Part shown: piece after piece, positions 28,773-38,705 of the stretch
How positions within the stretch are numbered: position 1 is the stretch's first letter
Layout: every line of letters starts with the position of its first letter
Source of the DNA: an uncultured Roseburia sp.
Lineage (GTDB): Bacteria > Bacillota > Clostridia > Lachnospirales > Lachnospiraceae
NCBI GenBank assembly: GCA_947089765.1
Contig: CAMULM010000001.1
Coordinates: forward strand, 139,756-203,755
Direction of reading: 5' to 3'
DNA: 64,000 nucleotides
Translations under genes and position numbers: made by a program
Notes under the pieces: model-generated
What the model was told of the DNA's origin: nothing
The model's input: the letters and a program-made list of their open reading frames with translations, nothing else
Database searches by the model: none

Positions 28773-29154
28773 ACTTTTCCTTCCTTTCTAAATAATATTA
28801 TAATGCTATCAATAGTATACACGAAAATGCCATAGATTGGCAATCATAAATACAAGATTTCACTGAAAATTATTGTTAAAAACAGAACTTAATCATAGTA
28901 ATTATTTAACGTATTTTTACAGCTTGCCAAACATGGCGAACCAATGGAAATACATCACACAACCCTATGGGGAAAGATGCGTTTTTATTGTTGCATTTGT
29001 TGCATACAAACTAAAATAATAACATAATATTATAAATCAATCATAGGAAAGAGTTTTGGTCCCTTCCTTTGGATTCGGGCAGGAAATTAACCGCTTTTAG
29101 ATTGACTTGCGGCACATTGGCATTGCCTGCATTGCGTCTCTATTGAGTTTTATC

Positions 29155-29183
29155 TTTACACGGAATTGCGTATTTTGTATAAT
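29155..29183 (+). promoter_or_regulatory. Candidate sigma-A promoter for the ACT/UPF0210 operon (TTTACA -17- TATAAT)
   Basis: TTTACA 29155-29160, 17-nt spacer, TATAAT 29178-29183, about 50 nt upstream of the ATG. Confidence 0.45.
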
Positions 29184-29236
29184 AAAAAAAGCAAAAACCA
29201 AGAAAAAACAGGAGATTTGCCTGTGAGGAGGAACAT

Positions 29237-29521
29237 ATGGAACAGACAGCAGACAGAACAATTATTACAGTGGTGGGAAAAGACGCCGTAGGCATTATCG
29301 CAAAGGTATGCGCCTACTTAGCCGAAAACCGGATAAATGTATTGGACATTTCCCAGACGATCGTTCAGGGATTTTTCAATATGATGATGATTGTCGATAT
29401 GAATATGGCAGAAAAACCATTTGGAGAATGCGCAAAAGAGTTAGAAGCGCTTGGGGAGCAAATCGGGGTCAGCATAAAATGCCAGCGTGAAGAAATTTTC
29501 AGGAAAATGCATCGGATTTAG
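29237..29521 (+). CDS. ACT domain-containing protein (UPF0237 family)
   Basis: [47 protein letters not shown] is the canonical small ACT protein that pairs with UPF0210. RBS aggagg. Confidence 0.8.
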   Translation: MEQTADRTIITVVGKDAVGIIAKVCAYLAENRINVLDISQTIVQGFFNMMMIVDMNMAEKPFGECAKELEALGEQIGVSIKCQREEIFRKMHRI

Positions 29522-29533
29522 GAAGGGAGCCGA

Positions 29534-30899
29534 CATGATAAATCTATGGGAAGTAAATGAAACAAACGCAATGATTGAGCATGAAAATTTAGACGTCCGC
29601 ACAATTACGCTTGGGATAAGCCTGTTTGACTGCATCAGCGATAATTTAGAACAGCTCAACCAAAATATCTATAAAAAAATCACGGAAACGGCAAAAGACC
29701 TAGCGGCCGCCGCAGAAAAAATAGAAGCGGAGTTTGCCATTCCAATCGTCAACAAGCGGATTTCTGTCACCCCGATCGCATTAATCGGCGGGGCTGCTTG
29801 TCAAACTCCAGAAGATTTTGCAACGATTGCGCATACCATGGACCGCGCGGCGCAGGCGGTGGGCGTAAATTTAATCGGAGGATATTCCGCATTAGTGTCA
29901 AAAGGAATGACAAAAGCAGATGAATATTTAATCCGTTCGCTTCCGGAAGCGTTATGTGAAACGGAACGCGTATGCAGTTCCGTAAACCTTGCTTCCACCA
30001 AAACCGGAATCAATATGGATGCCGTCCGTCTGATGGGGGAAGTCCTGCTTCAAGTTGCAGAGCGTTCTAAAGACCGCGATTCCACTTGTTGTATGAAATT
30101 AGTCGTTTTCTGTAACGCGCCGGACGATAACCCGTTTATGGCAGGGGCTTTCCATGGAGTGACGGAAGCGGACGCCGTCCTTAACATCGGCGTCAGCGGC
30201 CCCGGCGTTGTTAAAACAGCGTTGGAAAAAGTGCGTGGGGAAAGTTTTGAAGTCCTCTGCGAAACCATCAAAAAAACAGCTTTTAAAGTGACAAGGGTTG
30301 GACAGCTTGTCGCGCAGGAAGCGTCGCGAATGTTAGATATACCTTTTGGCATTATTGATTTGTCGCTTGCCCCCACTCCAGCGGTCGGGGACAGCGTTGC
30401 GGACATATTATGTGAGATTGGCTTAGAGTACGCCGGAGCTCCCGGAACGACTGCGGCGCTTGCCCTGTTAAACGATCAGGTGAAAAAAGGCGGAGTCATG
30501 GCGTCGTCTTATGTGGGCGGTTTAAGCGGCGCATTTATTCCGGTCAGTGAAGATCAGGGCATGATCGACTCTGTGTTGGCAGGAGCCATTACTTTAGAAA
30601 AATTAGAAGCGATGACATGCGTCTGTTCCGTCGGGCTTGATATGATAGCGATTCCGGGGGACACGAAAGCATCTGCCATTTCAGGCATCATTGCGGACGA
30701 AATGGCGCTTGGCATGGTGAACCAAAAGACGACCGCGGCAAGGCTGATTCCAGTGATTGGAAAAGGCGTTGGGGATAAAGTGGAGTTTGGCGGCCTGTTT
30801 GGTTATGCGCCCATTATGCCGGTCAATCCGTTTTCTTGTGAAAATTTTATCAAACGCCAAGGCAGGATTCCGGCTCCGATCCATAGTTTTAAAAATTAA
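29534..30899 (+). CDS. UPF0210 (DUF711, PFL-like) family protein
   Basis: About 455 aa. Begins [33 protein letters not shown]; conserved partner of the ACT protein. RBS gggag before the ATG at 29534. Confidence 0.8.
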
Positions 30900-31133
30900 A
30901 TAGCAAAATCAAAAGGCTGCCGGAAATAGGGGATTTTGTTAAAATTTGTGATAAAAACAAAGAAAGGATTGACATTATTTTTCATATTTCGTAGTTTTAT
31001 ACAATATTACCAGCATTAAAAAAAATATTTTCGTCAAATGATATAATTATTCTTGTCAAAAAGAATGTCCTATGCTATAATCCATACTGTAGTCAGTCCG
31101 TTAGAGCGGACGATAAAAAAGGAGGATTTAAAC

Positions 31134-32336
31134 ATGAAAAAGAAACTGGTAGCGGCATTTTTATGCGCTGCAATGACAGCGACAATGTTTGCCGGATGTG
31201 GAGACAACAGCGCAGACAACGCGCAAGACAGCAACTCAAATTCCACAGATGATGCAAACAATGCAGTAAATGACACATCTGCCGCAGATGACGGCGCAGA
31301 CAGCGCAGGCGCAACAGATTTATCTGATGCAGATGTTGCAGTATTCTACTATACGTTCTCAGATACATATATTGCATCGGTTCGTACAGCATTGGATTCT
31401 AAATTGGATTCTCTTGGAGTGAAGTATCAGGATTACGACGCAAACAGCAATCAGACCACGCAAAATGAGCAGATTGACACTGCAATTCAGACAGGCGCAA
31501 ACCTGTTAATCGTAAATATCGTAACTTCCGGTTCTGTAGACGCTTCCCAGCAGATTGTAGACAAAGCAAATGCAGCAGGCATTCCGGTTATCTTCTTTAA
31601 CCGCGCAGTGGAAGGCGAGAATGATGAAGGAAAAGTTCTTGGCAGCTATGACAAGTGCGCATTCGTAGGAACGGACGCTCCGGAAGCAGGCCATATGCAG
31701 GGCCAGATGGTTGGCGAATATGTAGTGGATAATTTTGAATCCATTGACTTAAACGGCGATGGAAAAATCTCTTATGCAATGTTCATGGGCCAGTTGGGCA
31801 ATGTGGAAGCAATCGCGCGTACACAGTATGGCGTAGAAGATGCGAACAAAGTCATCACGGAAGCTGGAAAACCGGAATTGGAATTTTTCGATTCTTCCAA
31901 TCCTGACAAATATCAGGTAGACCAAGATGGTAACTGGAGCGCAACTGCCGCAAACAACTATATGAATACAAACCTTTCCCAGTTTAATGAAAACAGCAAT
32001 AACATGATTGAGCTTGTAATCTGCAACAACGACGGTATGGCAGAAGGCGTAATCTCCGCATTAAACGATAAGGGATATAACTTAGGAGACGGAAACTCCA
32101 AGACAATCCCGGTATTCGGCGTAGATGCAACGGATGCAGCAAAACAGTTAATTAAAGACGGCAAGATGGTAGGAACCATTAAGCAGGATGCAGAAGGTAT
32201 GGCAGACTGTATCGCTTTCTTGACAGAGAACTGCGCAACTGGCAAAGACGTTATGGATGGAACAGATTCCTATAATATTTCAGAAAATGTTTCCAACAAG
32301 ATTTTCATTCCATATCAGCCATATACAGGAGAATAA
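31134..32336 (+). CDS. Sugar ABC transporter substrate-binding lipoprotein (MglB/galactose-binding type, periplasmic binding protein family) with long Asp/Ser/Ala-rich linker
   Basis: AAGGAGG RBS. Lipobox FLCAAMTATMFAGCG. PBP type-I core (VIFFNRAVEGENDEGKVLGSYDKCAFVGTD, ELVICNNDGMAEGVISAL). Confidence 0.8.
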   Translation: MKKKLVAAFLCAAMTATMFAGCGDNSADNAQDSNSNSTDDANNAVNDTSAADDGADSAGATDLSDADVAVFYYTFSDTYIASVRTALDSKLDSLGVKYQDYDANSNQTTQNEQIDTAIQTGANLLIVNIVTSGSVDASQQIVDKANAAGIPVIFFNRAVEGENDEGKVLGSYDKCAFVGTDAPEAGHMQGQMVGEYVVDNFESIDLNGDGKISYAMFMGQLGNVEAIARTQYGVEDANKVITEAGKPELEFFDSSNPDKYQVDQDGNWSATAANNYMNTNLSQFNENSNNMIELVICNNDGMAEGVISALNDKGYNLGDGNSKTIPVFGVDATDAAKQLIKDGKMVGTIKQDAEGMADCIAFLTENCATGKDVMDGTDSYNISENVSNKIFIPYQPYTGE

Positions 32337-32370
32337 TCACAGAAATATAAAATTGAATTAGGATCATAAA

Positions 32371-32402
32371 AGATGGCCGTCCAAGGGTGGCGGCCTCTTT
32401 TA
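32371..32402 (+). terminator. Weak hairpin/attenuator between SBP and ATPase genes
   Basis: agatggccg...cggcctcttt with a one-base bulge, followed by tttt. Confidence 0.35.
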
Positions 32403-32451
32403 TGCTATACGAATGGTAGATAAGGCATAACAAGAGATTGGAGGGCAGATT

Positions 32452-33945
32452 ATGGAACATGATGTTCTATTACAGATGACAGGTATATGTAAAGAGTTTC
32501 CGGGCGTAAAAGCGTTGGATAATGTTTCCCTGACTGTCAGGAGAGGGACTGTCCATGCGTTGATGGGTGAAAACGGAGCCGGAAAGTCTACGCTTATGAA
32601 GTGTCTGTTTGGTATGTACAACAAAGATGCCGGACAGATTTTCCTTGAGGGGAAGGAAGTAAACTTCGCTAATTCAAAACAGGCATTGGAAAATGGCGTT
32701 GCCATGGTACATCAGGAATTAAATCAGGCATTAAAACGAAGCGTTCAGGATAATCTCTGGCTTGGGCGCTACCCCAAAATCGGCGGCGTTATGATCAATG
32801 AAAAGAAAATGTATGATGATACAATGGGGCTTTTTAAGAAACTAGAGATTACAGTAGATCCGAGAAGGATCATGAGCACTATGCCAGTGTCCCAAAGACA
32901 GATGGTAGAAATTGCAAAAGCAGTTTCCTTTAATTCGAAAATAATTGTATTTGATGAGCCTACTTCCTCCTTGACCGAAGAGGAAGTGGAACACTTATTC
33001 AAAATTATAAATATGCTGCGTGATCAGGGCTGTGGGATTATTTATATATCACATAAAATGGCTGAAATCCTGCGTATATCTGATGACGTTACCATCATGC
33101 GCGACGGTCAGTATGTCGCTACAAAACCGGCAAAAGAGCTGACGATGGATGAGATTATCCGTTTGATGGTAGGACGTGAACTGGGCAACCAGTTCCCGCC
33201 AAAGACAAATAAACCGGGGGATGTGGCGTTAGAAGTGGAAGGGCTTACTGCGCAGTATTCTCTGTTGAAAGACGTGTCTTTTAAAGCGCGCCAAGGTGAA
33301 ATTATAGGGTTTGCCGGGCTCGACGGAAGCGGGCGGACCGAATGTTTAGAGAATATTTTCGGCATTGCGACGCGCAGGGACGGCGTAATTAAGCTTCACG
33401 GCAAAGAGGTGAAAAACCGCAATGCGAGAGAATCCATTGCGAACGGGTTTGCCATGCTGACGGAGGAACGCCGGGCGACAGGTATTTTTGGCATTTTAAA
33501 TATTCGGGAAAACACGGTAATTTCCAGTTTAAAGAAACATAATGCGCTTTTCCTAAACGGTAAGACGATGCGGGACGACACGCAATGGTCTATTGACGCC
33601 ATGCGCACCAAGACGCCGACTCAGGAGACGCAGATCCGTTCTCTTTCCGGTGGAAACCAACAGAAGGTTATCCTTGGCCGGTGGCTTTTGACGGAGCCGG
33701 AAGTGCTTCTTTTAGATGAACCGACCAGAGGAATTGACGTTGGGGCGAAATATGAGATTTACCAGTTGATCCTTGATTTGGCAAATAAAGGTAAAATTGT
33801 CCTTGTAGTGTCTTCCGAGATGCCGGAGCTTCTTGGAATTTGTGACCGTATCCTTGTAATGTCCGGCGGACGGCTTGCCGGAGAGGTAGACGCAAAGAAT
33901 ACCACGCAGGAAGAAATTATGACTTACGCTGCAAAATATGTATAA
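32452..33945 (+). CDS. Sugar ABC transporter ATP-binding protein, duplicated ATPase domains (MglA/RbsA type)
   Basis: Two Walker A sites (GENGAGKST and GLDGSGRTE). Signature motifs LSGGNQQKV and [12 protein letters not shown] region. Walker [11 protein letters not shown] / [11 protein letters not shown]. Confidence 0.85.
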   Translation: MEHDVLLQMTGICKEFPGVKALDNVSLTVRRGTVHALMGENGAGKSTLMKCLFGMYNKDAGQIFLEGKEVNFANSKQALENGVAMVHQELNQALKRSVQDNLWLGRYPKIGGVMINEKKMYDDTMGLFKKLEITVDPRRIMSTMPVSQRQMVEIAKAVSFNSKIIVFDEPTSSLTEEEVEHLFKIINMLRDQGCGIIYISHKMAEILRISDDVTIMRDGQYVATKPAKELTMDEIIRLMVGRELGNQFPPKTNKPGDVALEVEGLTAQYSLLKDVSFKARQGEIIGFAGLDGSGRTECLENIFGIATRRDGVIKLHGKEVKNRNARESIANGFAMLTEERRATGIFGILNIRENTVISSLKKHNALFLNGKTMRDDTQWSIDAMRTKTPTQETQIRSLSGGNQQKVILGRWLLTEPEVLLLDEPTRGIDVGAKYEIYQLILDLANKGKIVLVVSSEMPELLGICDRILVMSGGRLAGEVDAKNTTQEEIMTYAAKYV

Positions 33946-33960
33946 AGGAGGCAGAGCAAA

Positions 33961-35031
33961 ATGAAAGCTATTGACAATATGAAAAACAAATATGCAGCTT
34001 ATCAGGAGCTGGATAGCAGAGATAAAAAGACATTTTGGAAGGAATCGTTGATGAACAACGCGATGTATATCCTTCTAATTCTTGTAGTAATTTATACGAC
34101 AATACAAAATCCAAAATTTTTGGGTGTCAGCTCAATTATTAACATTGTTTCGCTTGTTGCGGCATACATACCGATTTCCTGCGGAATTGCAGGATGTATC
34201 GTATTAACGGGAACCGACCTTTCGGCAGGGCGTGTCGTTGGTCTGACCGCATGTATCTCTGCATCGCTGCTTCAGTCGATGGATTATGCAACTAGAATGT
34301 TTGGCGATATGAAGCCGCTTCCAATTCCGGTAGTTATCTTAATTGTGCTTGCAGTCGGCGGCGTTGTCGGCTGGGTAAATGGTTTCTTCGTTGCAAAGTT
34401 TGGACTGCATCCATTTATCGTAACATTGGCGACACAGCTTATTGTATATGGTATCCTGTTGATGTATATTATGATTAACGGCAACAATGGCCAGCCGCTT
34501 TCCGGTTTGGATCAGTCTTTTAAAGATTTCGTAACAGGAAGCATTATTGGAATCGGAGGGACGCCTATTCCGAATTATGTATGGTTTGCAGTTCTTGTTG
34601 TCATTATTATGTGGTATGTCTGGAATAAGACTTCTTTCGGCAAAAATATGTTTGCCGTAGGATCGAATCCGGAAGCCGCAAATGTATCCGGCGTAAACGT
34701 TGCCAGAACGACAATTTTAGTGCATACGCTTGCTGGGGCAATGTATGGAATTACCGGATTTATCGAAGCTGCCCGCGTTGGCTCTAACTCAGCGACGACC
34801 GGACAGAACTACGAGTGTGATGCGATTGCAGCCTGCGTTATCGGCGGCGTGTCTTTCGTAGGCGGTACCGGTAAAATCAGCGGCGTTGTATTAGGCGTAT
34901 TCGTGCTTCGTATTATCTTCGGCGCATTGATTTTCTTATCTATCAGCCAGAACTGGCAGTATGTCATCAAGGGCGTGATTATCCTTGTAGCGTGCGCGAT
35001 TGATATGAGAAAATATTTGGTTCGTAAATAA
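33961..35031 (+). CDS. Sugar ABC transporter permease (MglC/RbsC type)
   Basis: Polytopic, 356 aa, with the characteristic branched-chain/ribose-type permease C-terminal half. Start is 16 nt after the ATPase stop. Confidence 0.85.
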   Translation: MKAIDNMKNKYAAYQELDSRDKKTFWKESLMNNAMYILLILVVIYTTIQNPKFLGVSSIINIVSLVAAYIPISCGIAGCIVLTGTDLSAGRVVGLTACISASLLQSMDYATRMFGDMKPLPIPVVILIVLAVGGVVGWVNGFFVAKFGLHPFIVTLATQLIVYGILLMYIMINGNNGQPLSGLDQSFKDFVTGSIIGIGGTPIPNYVWFAVLVVIIMWYVWNKTSFGKNMFAVGSNPEAANVSGVNVARTTILVHTLAGAMYGITGFIEAARVGSNSATTGQNYECDAIAACVIGGVSFVGGTGKISGVVLGVFVLRIIFGALIFLSISQNWQYVIKGVIILVACAIDMRKYLVRK

Positions 35032-35102
35032 ATATAGTTTGGGGGCTGCCATGGAATCGTTCCGGTTCCATGGCAATTCCATTCTTAGAAATGAGGTTTT
35101 TT

Positions 35103-35372
35103 ATGAATGAAAGGGTAAAGACAAATTTGCGCAGCGCAATTTATGAAATGGGCGGCATTTATCTTTTATATCTTGCCTACCAGATGTTCCGGAATAAGGA
35201 GGAAAGCGCTGGAGGGGAATATCTGGCAGTCATAGCCGCAATCATTGGGTTTTTGGTGATTGGGATAGGCATGATTGCGTTTGGCTTTTATATGATGAAT
35301 AAAGTCAGGAAACAGGATATACAGGCGAGAGAAGATGCAAAAGCCGTTGAGGAAAAGAAAACAGAAGATTGA
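35103..35372 (+). CDS. Small (90 aa) two-TM membrane protein, hypothetical
   Basis: Hydrophobic helices (IYLLYLAYQMF and AVIAAIIGFLVIGIGMIAFGFYMM). Start 35103 chosen because the upstream in-frame ATG at 35070 lies inside a stable hairpin (35048-35074). Confidence 0.4.
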   Translation: MNERVKTNLRSAIYEMGGIYLLYLAYQMFRNKEESAGGEYLAVIAAIIGFLVIGIGMIAFGFYMMNKVRKQDIQAREDAKAVEEKKTED

Positions 35373-35384
35373 CAGGAGGAACTT

Positions 35385-36098
35385 ATGGAATTACAATCAT
35401 TAGAAGGACAGCTTTCAAACAATCCTTATCCGGGCAGGGGAATTATAATTGGAAAGAGCAAAGACGGCTTGTTTGCCGTAATGGCATATTTTATTATGGG
35501 GAGAAGTGAAAACAGCCGGAACCGTATCTTTGTAGAAGATGGGGAGGGCATACGCACACAGGCTTTTGATCCGGCGAAATTAAGCGATCCAAGCCTGATT
35601 ATTTATGCTCCGGTCCGTGTGCTTGGAAACAAGACGATTGTCACGAACGGAGACCAGACGGATACGATTTACGAAGGGATGGACAGGCAGCAGACATTTG
35701 AACAGGCGCTTAGAAGCCGTGAATTTGAACCGGATGCGCCAAATTTCACGCCAAGGATTTCCGGTATTTTGCATATTGAGAACGGCGGATATAACTATGC
35801 GATGTCTATTTTAAAAAGCAGTGACGGCAATCCGGCTTCTTGCTGCCGTTATACGTTTGCGTATGAGAATCCGCTGAATGGGGAAGGGCATTTTATCCAT
35901 ACCTACCAACAGGACGGCAACCCTCTGCCATCTTTTGAGGGAGAGCCGAAGCGGGTGGCGATAGAAGGAGACATCGACACGTTTGCAGGCAAAATTTGGG
36001 AGAATTTGAATGCCCAGAATAAAGTCTCTTTATTTGCGCGTTATATTGACTTAGCGTCAGGGGCTTATGAATCCAGAATTATCAACAAGAACAGTTAA
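35385..36098 (+). CDS. purO: IMP cyclohydrolase, PurO (archaeal-type) family
   Basis: AGGAGG RBS. N-terminal NPYPGRGIIIGKSKDGLFAVMAYFIMGRSENSRNRIF matches the PurO family signature. It lies immediately upstream of an AICARFT-only PurH. Confidence 0.75.
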   Translation: MELQSLEGQLSNNPYPGRGIIIGKSKDGLFAVMAYFIMGRSENSRNRIFVEDGEGIRTQAFDPAKLSDPSLIIYAPVRVLGNKTIVTNGDQTDTIYEGMDRQQTFEQALRSREFEPDAPNFTPRISGILHIENGGYNYAMSILKSSDGNPASCCRYTFAYENPLNGEGHFIHTYQQDGNPLPSFEGEPKRVAIEGDIDTFAGKIWENLNAQNKVSLFARYIDLASGAYESRIINKNS

Positions 36099-36116
36099 GC
36101 AGGAGAGTGTAAAACG

Positions 36117-37295
36117 ATGAAGGAATTAGAGTTAAAATATGGATGCAATCCGAATCAGAAACCATCGCGGATTTATGTGGAAAATGGGGAATTGCCAATT
36201 AAGGTATTGAGCGGCAAGCCGGGATATATTAATTTTTTGGATGCATTAAACGGCTGGCAGTTGGTGAAAGAATTAAAAGAGGCCACGGGACTTGCGGCGG
36301 CGGCTTCGTTTAAGCATGTTTCTCCGGCCGGCGCGGCTGTCGGGCTTCCATTATCGGAAGTAGAGAAAAAGATTTACTGGGTGGAAGACATGGATATGGA
36401 ATTTACGCCGCTTGCCAACGCTTATGCAAGGGCGAGAGGGGCGGACCGCATGTCCTCTTTTGGTGATTTTATTTCGCTTTCGGATACTTGTGACAAGGAG
36501 ACGGCGCTCATTATAAAGCGGGAAGTTTCAGACGGCGTAATTGCGCCGGGGTATGATCCGGAAGCGCTTGAAATTTTAAAAGCGAAGAAAAGTGGCGCTT
36601 ACAATGTCATTGAAGTAGATCCTTCTTATCAACCTGATCCGATTGAGAAGAAACAGGTATTTGGCGTTACGTTTGAACAGGGAAGAAATGAACTAAAGAT
36701 CGATGATGCATTTTTCCAAAATATTGTGACGGAAGAAAAAGAACTGACAGAGCAGGCAAAAATTGATTTGGCAATTTCCATGATTACGCTAAAATATACA
36801 CAGTCTAATTCCGTCTGCTACGTCAAAGACGGACAGGCAATCGGCATCGGGGCGGGCCAGCAGAGCCGTATCCATTGCACAAGGCTGGCAGGGCAGAAAG
36901 CAGACAACTGGTTTTTACGTCAGTCGCCGAAGGTGTTGAACCTACAGTTTGTAGAGGGGATTCGCCGCGCAGATCGGGACAACGCGATTGATCTTTATAT
37001 CGGGGAGGAATACATAGATGTGTTAGCGGACGGCGTTTGGGAAACCATTTTTAAAGTAAAGCCGGACGTTTTCACAAAAGAGGAAAAGCGGGCATGGCTG
37101 GATCAGATGACAGGGGTCACGCTTGGATCGGATGCGTTTTTCCCGTTTGGCGACAATATTGAACGCGCGCATAAGAGCGGCGTGAAGTATGTGGCGCAGC
37201 CGGGCGGTTCTGTACGGGACGACCATGTGATCGCCACTTGCAATAAATACAAAATGGTGATGAGTTTTACCGGACTTCGTTTGTTCCATCATTAA
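36117..37295 (+). CDS. purH: Phosphoribosylaminoimidazolecarboxamide formyltransferase, AICARFT domain only (PurH lacking the IMPCH domain)
   Basis: 392 aa versus about 510 for bifunctional PurH. Starts directly in the AICARFT domain (LKYGCNPNQKP..., HVSPAGAAVGLPL, GIGAGQQSRIHCTRLAG). Confidence 0.85.
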   Translation: MKELELKYGCNPNQKPSRIYVENGELPIKVLSGKPGYINFLDALNGWQLVKELKEATGLAAAASFKHVSPAGAAVGLPLSEVEKKIYWVEDMDMEFTPLANAYARARGADRMSSFGDFISLSDTCDKETALIIKREVSDGVIAPGYDPEALEILKAKKSGAYNVIEVDPSYQPDPIEKKQVFGVTFEQGRNELKIDDAFFQNIVTEEKELTEQAKIDLAISMITLKYTQSNSVCYVKDGQAIGIGAGQQSRIHCTRLAGQKADNWFLRQSPKVLNLQFVEGIRRADRDNAIDLYIGEEYIDVLADGVWETIFKVKPDVFTKEEKRAWLDQMTGVTLGSDAFFPFGDNIERAHKSGVKYVAQPGGSVRDDHVIATCNKYKMVMSFTGLRLFHH

Positions 37296-38542
37296 ACGAT
37301 AAGCAGTTTTTGCTGTAATTCATTTTTGGGCGGAGTGTTGCTTTTTTGGGCAAAAACGCCATAGTATAAATCAGATGCAAATACATCATGCTGAAACAAT
37401 GCCGCGGCGTCTTTTGAAAGCGCCGCGGCGTCTTTTGCAGGCCTTGCAACGATTGGGACGGCGGCATTTTTTTTGATTTCAGGGAAAAAATCCGCGGCGT
37501 CTTTCCGGTAGCCTAACAAACGCAGATAAGGGACGGTTCCGCAGTTTCTGGCGGATTCATAGTCTTTTTTCCGATGGTTTAACAGGATATGCGTCAGAGC
37601 TCGGCTTATACGCGTATAGGTGACGTCTTTGCTTTTGAGCTCTTTGCAAAAAGCTGTAAAATCCGTAAAATTGCGGATGCGTTTTATAATTTTGTTGGAA
37701 AGATCTTCTGAGTTGTCGGCATAACCGGAAAATCCTTCCGCCCGTTCTGAGAGTAATTTGTAAAATAGGATTTGGGAAAAATCCTGTTCGGATAAAAAAT
37801 ATCCTTCCGCCGCATTTAATTGGCGTATTGTTTCAGGCGGGGCATAGGCGGCAATTTCTGCTAGGGGGCGGCGCGGCTGTAGAAGATGGCGGCGGAGGGC
37901 GGAAGCGGAACAATGCGTTTTGTTTAATTTTGTATCGTGGTAGCCGGAGCCGTCCCGTAAAATGGGAAGCGGGCAAATCGGGGAATGGAGCCGGATAAGG
38001 GCTTTTTGATATTCTAGGGCGAGAATATTATTTGGGGACTGTAAGAGCGCCCGTAAATCGCTCTCTTTTGTGTTTGGGGACTGTTGTTTGAGAATGGAAA
38101 GCAGGGACTGCTCTCTTGCGGCAGGGAAGGAAACCCCCTGTTTTAAAAAGCGGGAAACGGAATCTTGATATGCGTCCGGTTCTTCGGCGAGCAGTCTTGC
38201 AGTCAGGCCGATCAGCGGGAAATCCGGCGTTTCACAGCCGAAACAGAGCGTATCGATGCAGCCGAGCAGATGAAAAAGGGTGACGCCTGCCGCGGCAAAG
38301 TATTCAGCGGACGAAACCGCCCAAAGCGTAGGGAGTTCAAAGACGAAATCCGCGCCGTTATGCAGCGCCATAGCGGTCCGGCTGAATTTATCCAGAATGG
38401 CGGGCGCGCCCCTTTGCGTAAAATTTCCGCTTAAAGCAACAATGGCATAATCGGCTTTTGCCAGTTTTTTTGCCTGTGTGAGCTGATAGGCGTGTCCATT
38501 GTGGAATGGATTGTATTCTGCGATAATTCCGACGGCTTTCAT
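37292..38542 (-). CDS. tmcAL: tRNA(Met) cytidine acetate ligase TmcAL (YlbM/UPF0348 family nucleotidyltransferase)
   Basis: N-terminus MKAVGIIAEYNPFHNGHAYQLTQAKKLAKADYAIVALSGNFTQRG (HxGH-type motif) is the hallmark of this family. Its stop codon overlaps the purH stop by 2 nt. Confidence 0.8.
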   Translation of the reverse strand: MKAVGIIAEYNPFHNGHAYQLTQAKKLAKADYAIVALSGNFTQRGAPAILDKFSRTAMALHNGADFVFELPTLWAVSSAEYFAAAGVTLFHLLGCIDTLCFGCETPDFPLIGLTARLLAEEPDAYQDSVSRFLKQGVSFPAAREQSLLSILKQQSPNTKESDLRALLQSPNNILALEYQKALIRLHSPICPLPILRDGSGYHDTKLNKTHCSASALRRHLLQPRRPLAEIAAYAPPETIRQLNAAEGYFLSEQDFSQILFYKLLSERAEGFSGYADNSEDLSNKIIKRIRNFTDFTAFCKELKSKDVTYTRISRALTHILLNHRKKDYESARNCGTVPYLRLLGYRKDAADFFPEIKKNAAVPIVARPAKDAAALSKDAAALFQHDVFASDLYYGVFAQKSNTPPKNELQQKLLIV

Positions 38543-38705
38543 TTGGTTTCCTCCCCGTTTGTTCTAGCATGCTTCCTCTACTCTAACATGGAGCGCCAGA
38601 TGTTTCAAATTTAATACATGAAAAAAGTTATTTGACATTGTTTCCCATTTCAAAAAGGATTATACTTTTTATAAAGAAATTGTATGAAGGAGGGATTCCG
38701 CTAAT

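Noticed and set aside
28773-29236. Long AT-rich region upstream of the ACT/UPF0210 pair considered as a riboswitch or leader
   Set aside because: The best promoter match (29155-29183) leaves only about 50 nt of 5' UTR, too short for a riboswitch. No conserved riboswitch core (glycine, SAM, T-box specifier/T-box sequence) is recognisable. Most of the region is the divergent promoter region of the LRR gene.
35070-35102. ATG at 35070 as start of the small membrane protein
   Set aside because: It lies within the 9-bp perfect hairpin gccatggaa/ttccatggc (35048-35074), which would occlude initiation. 35103 has an RBS-like tgagg upstream. The gene call itself remains low confidence.
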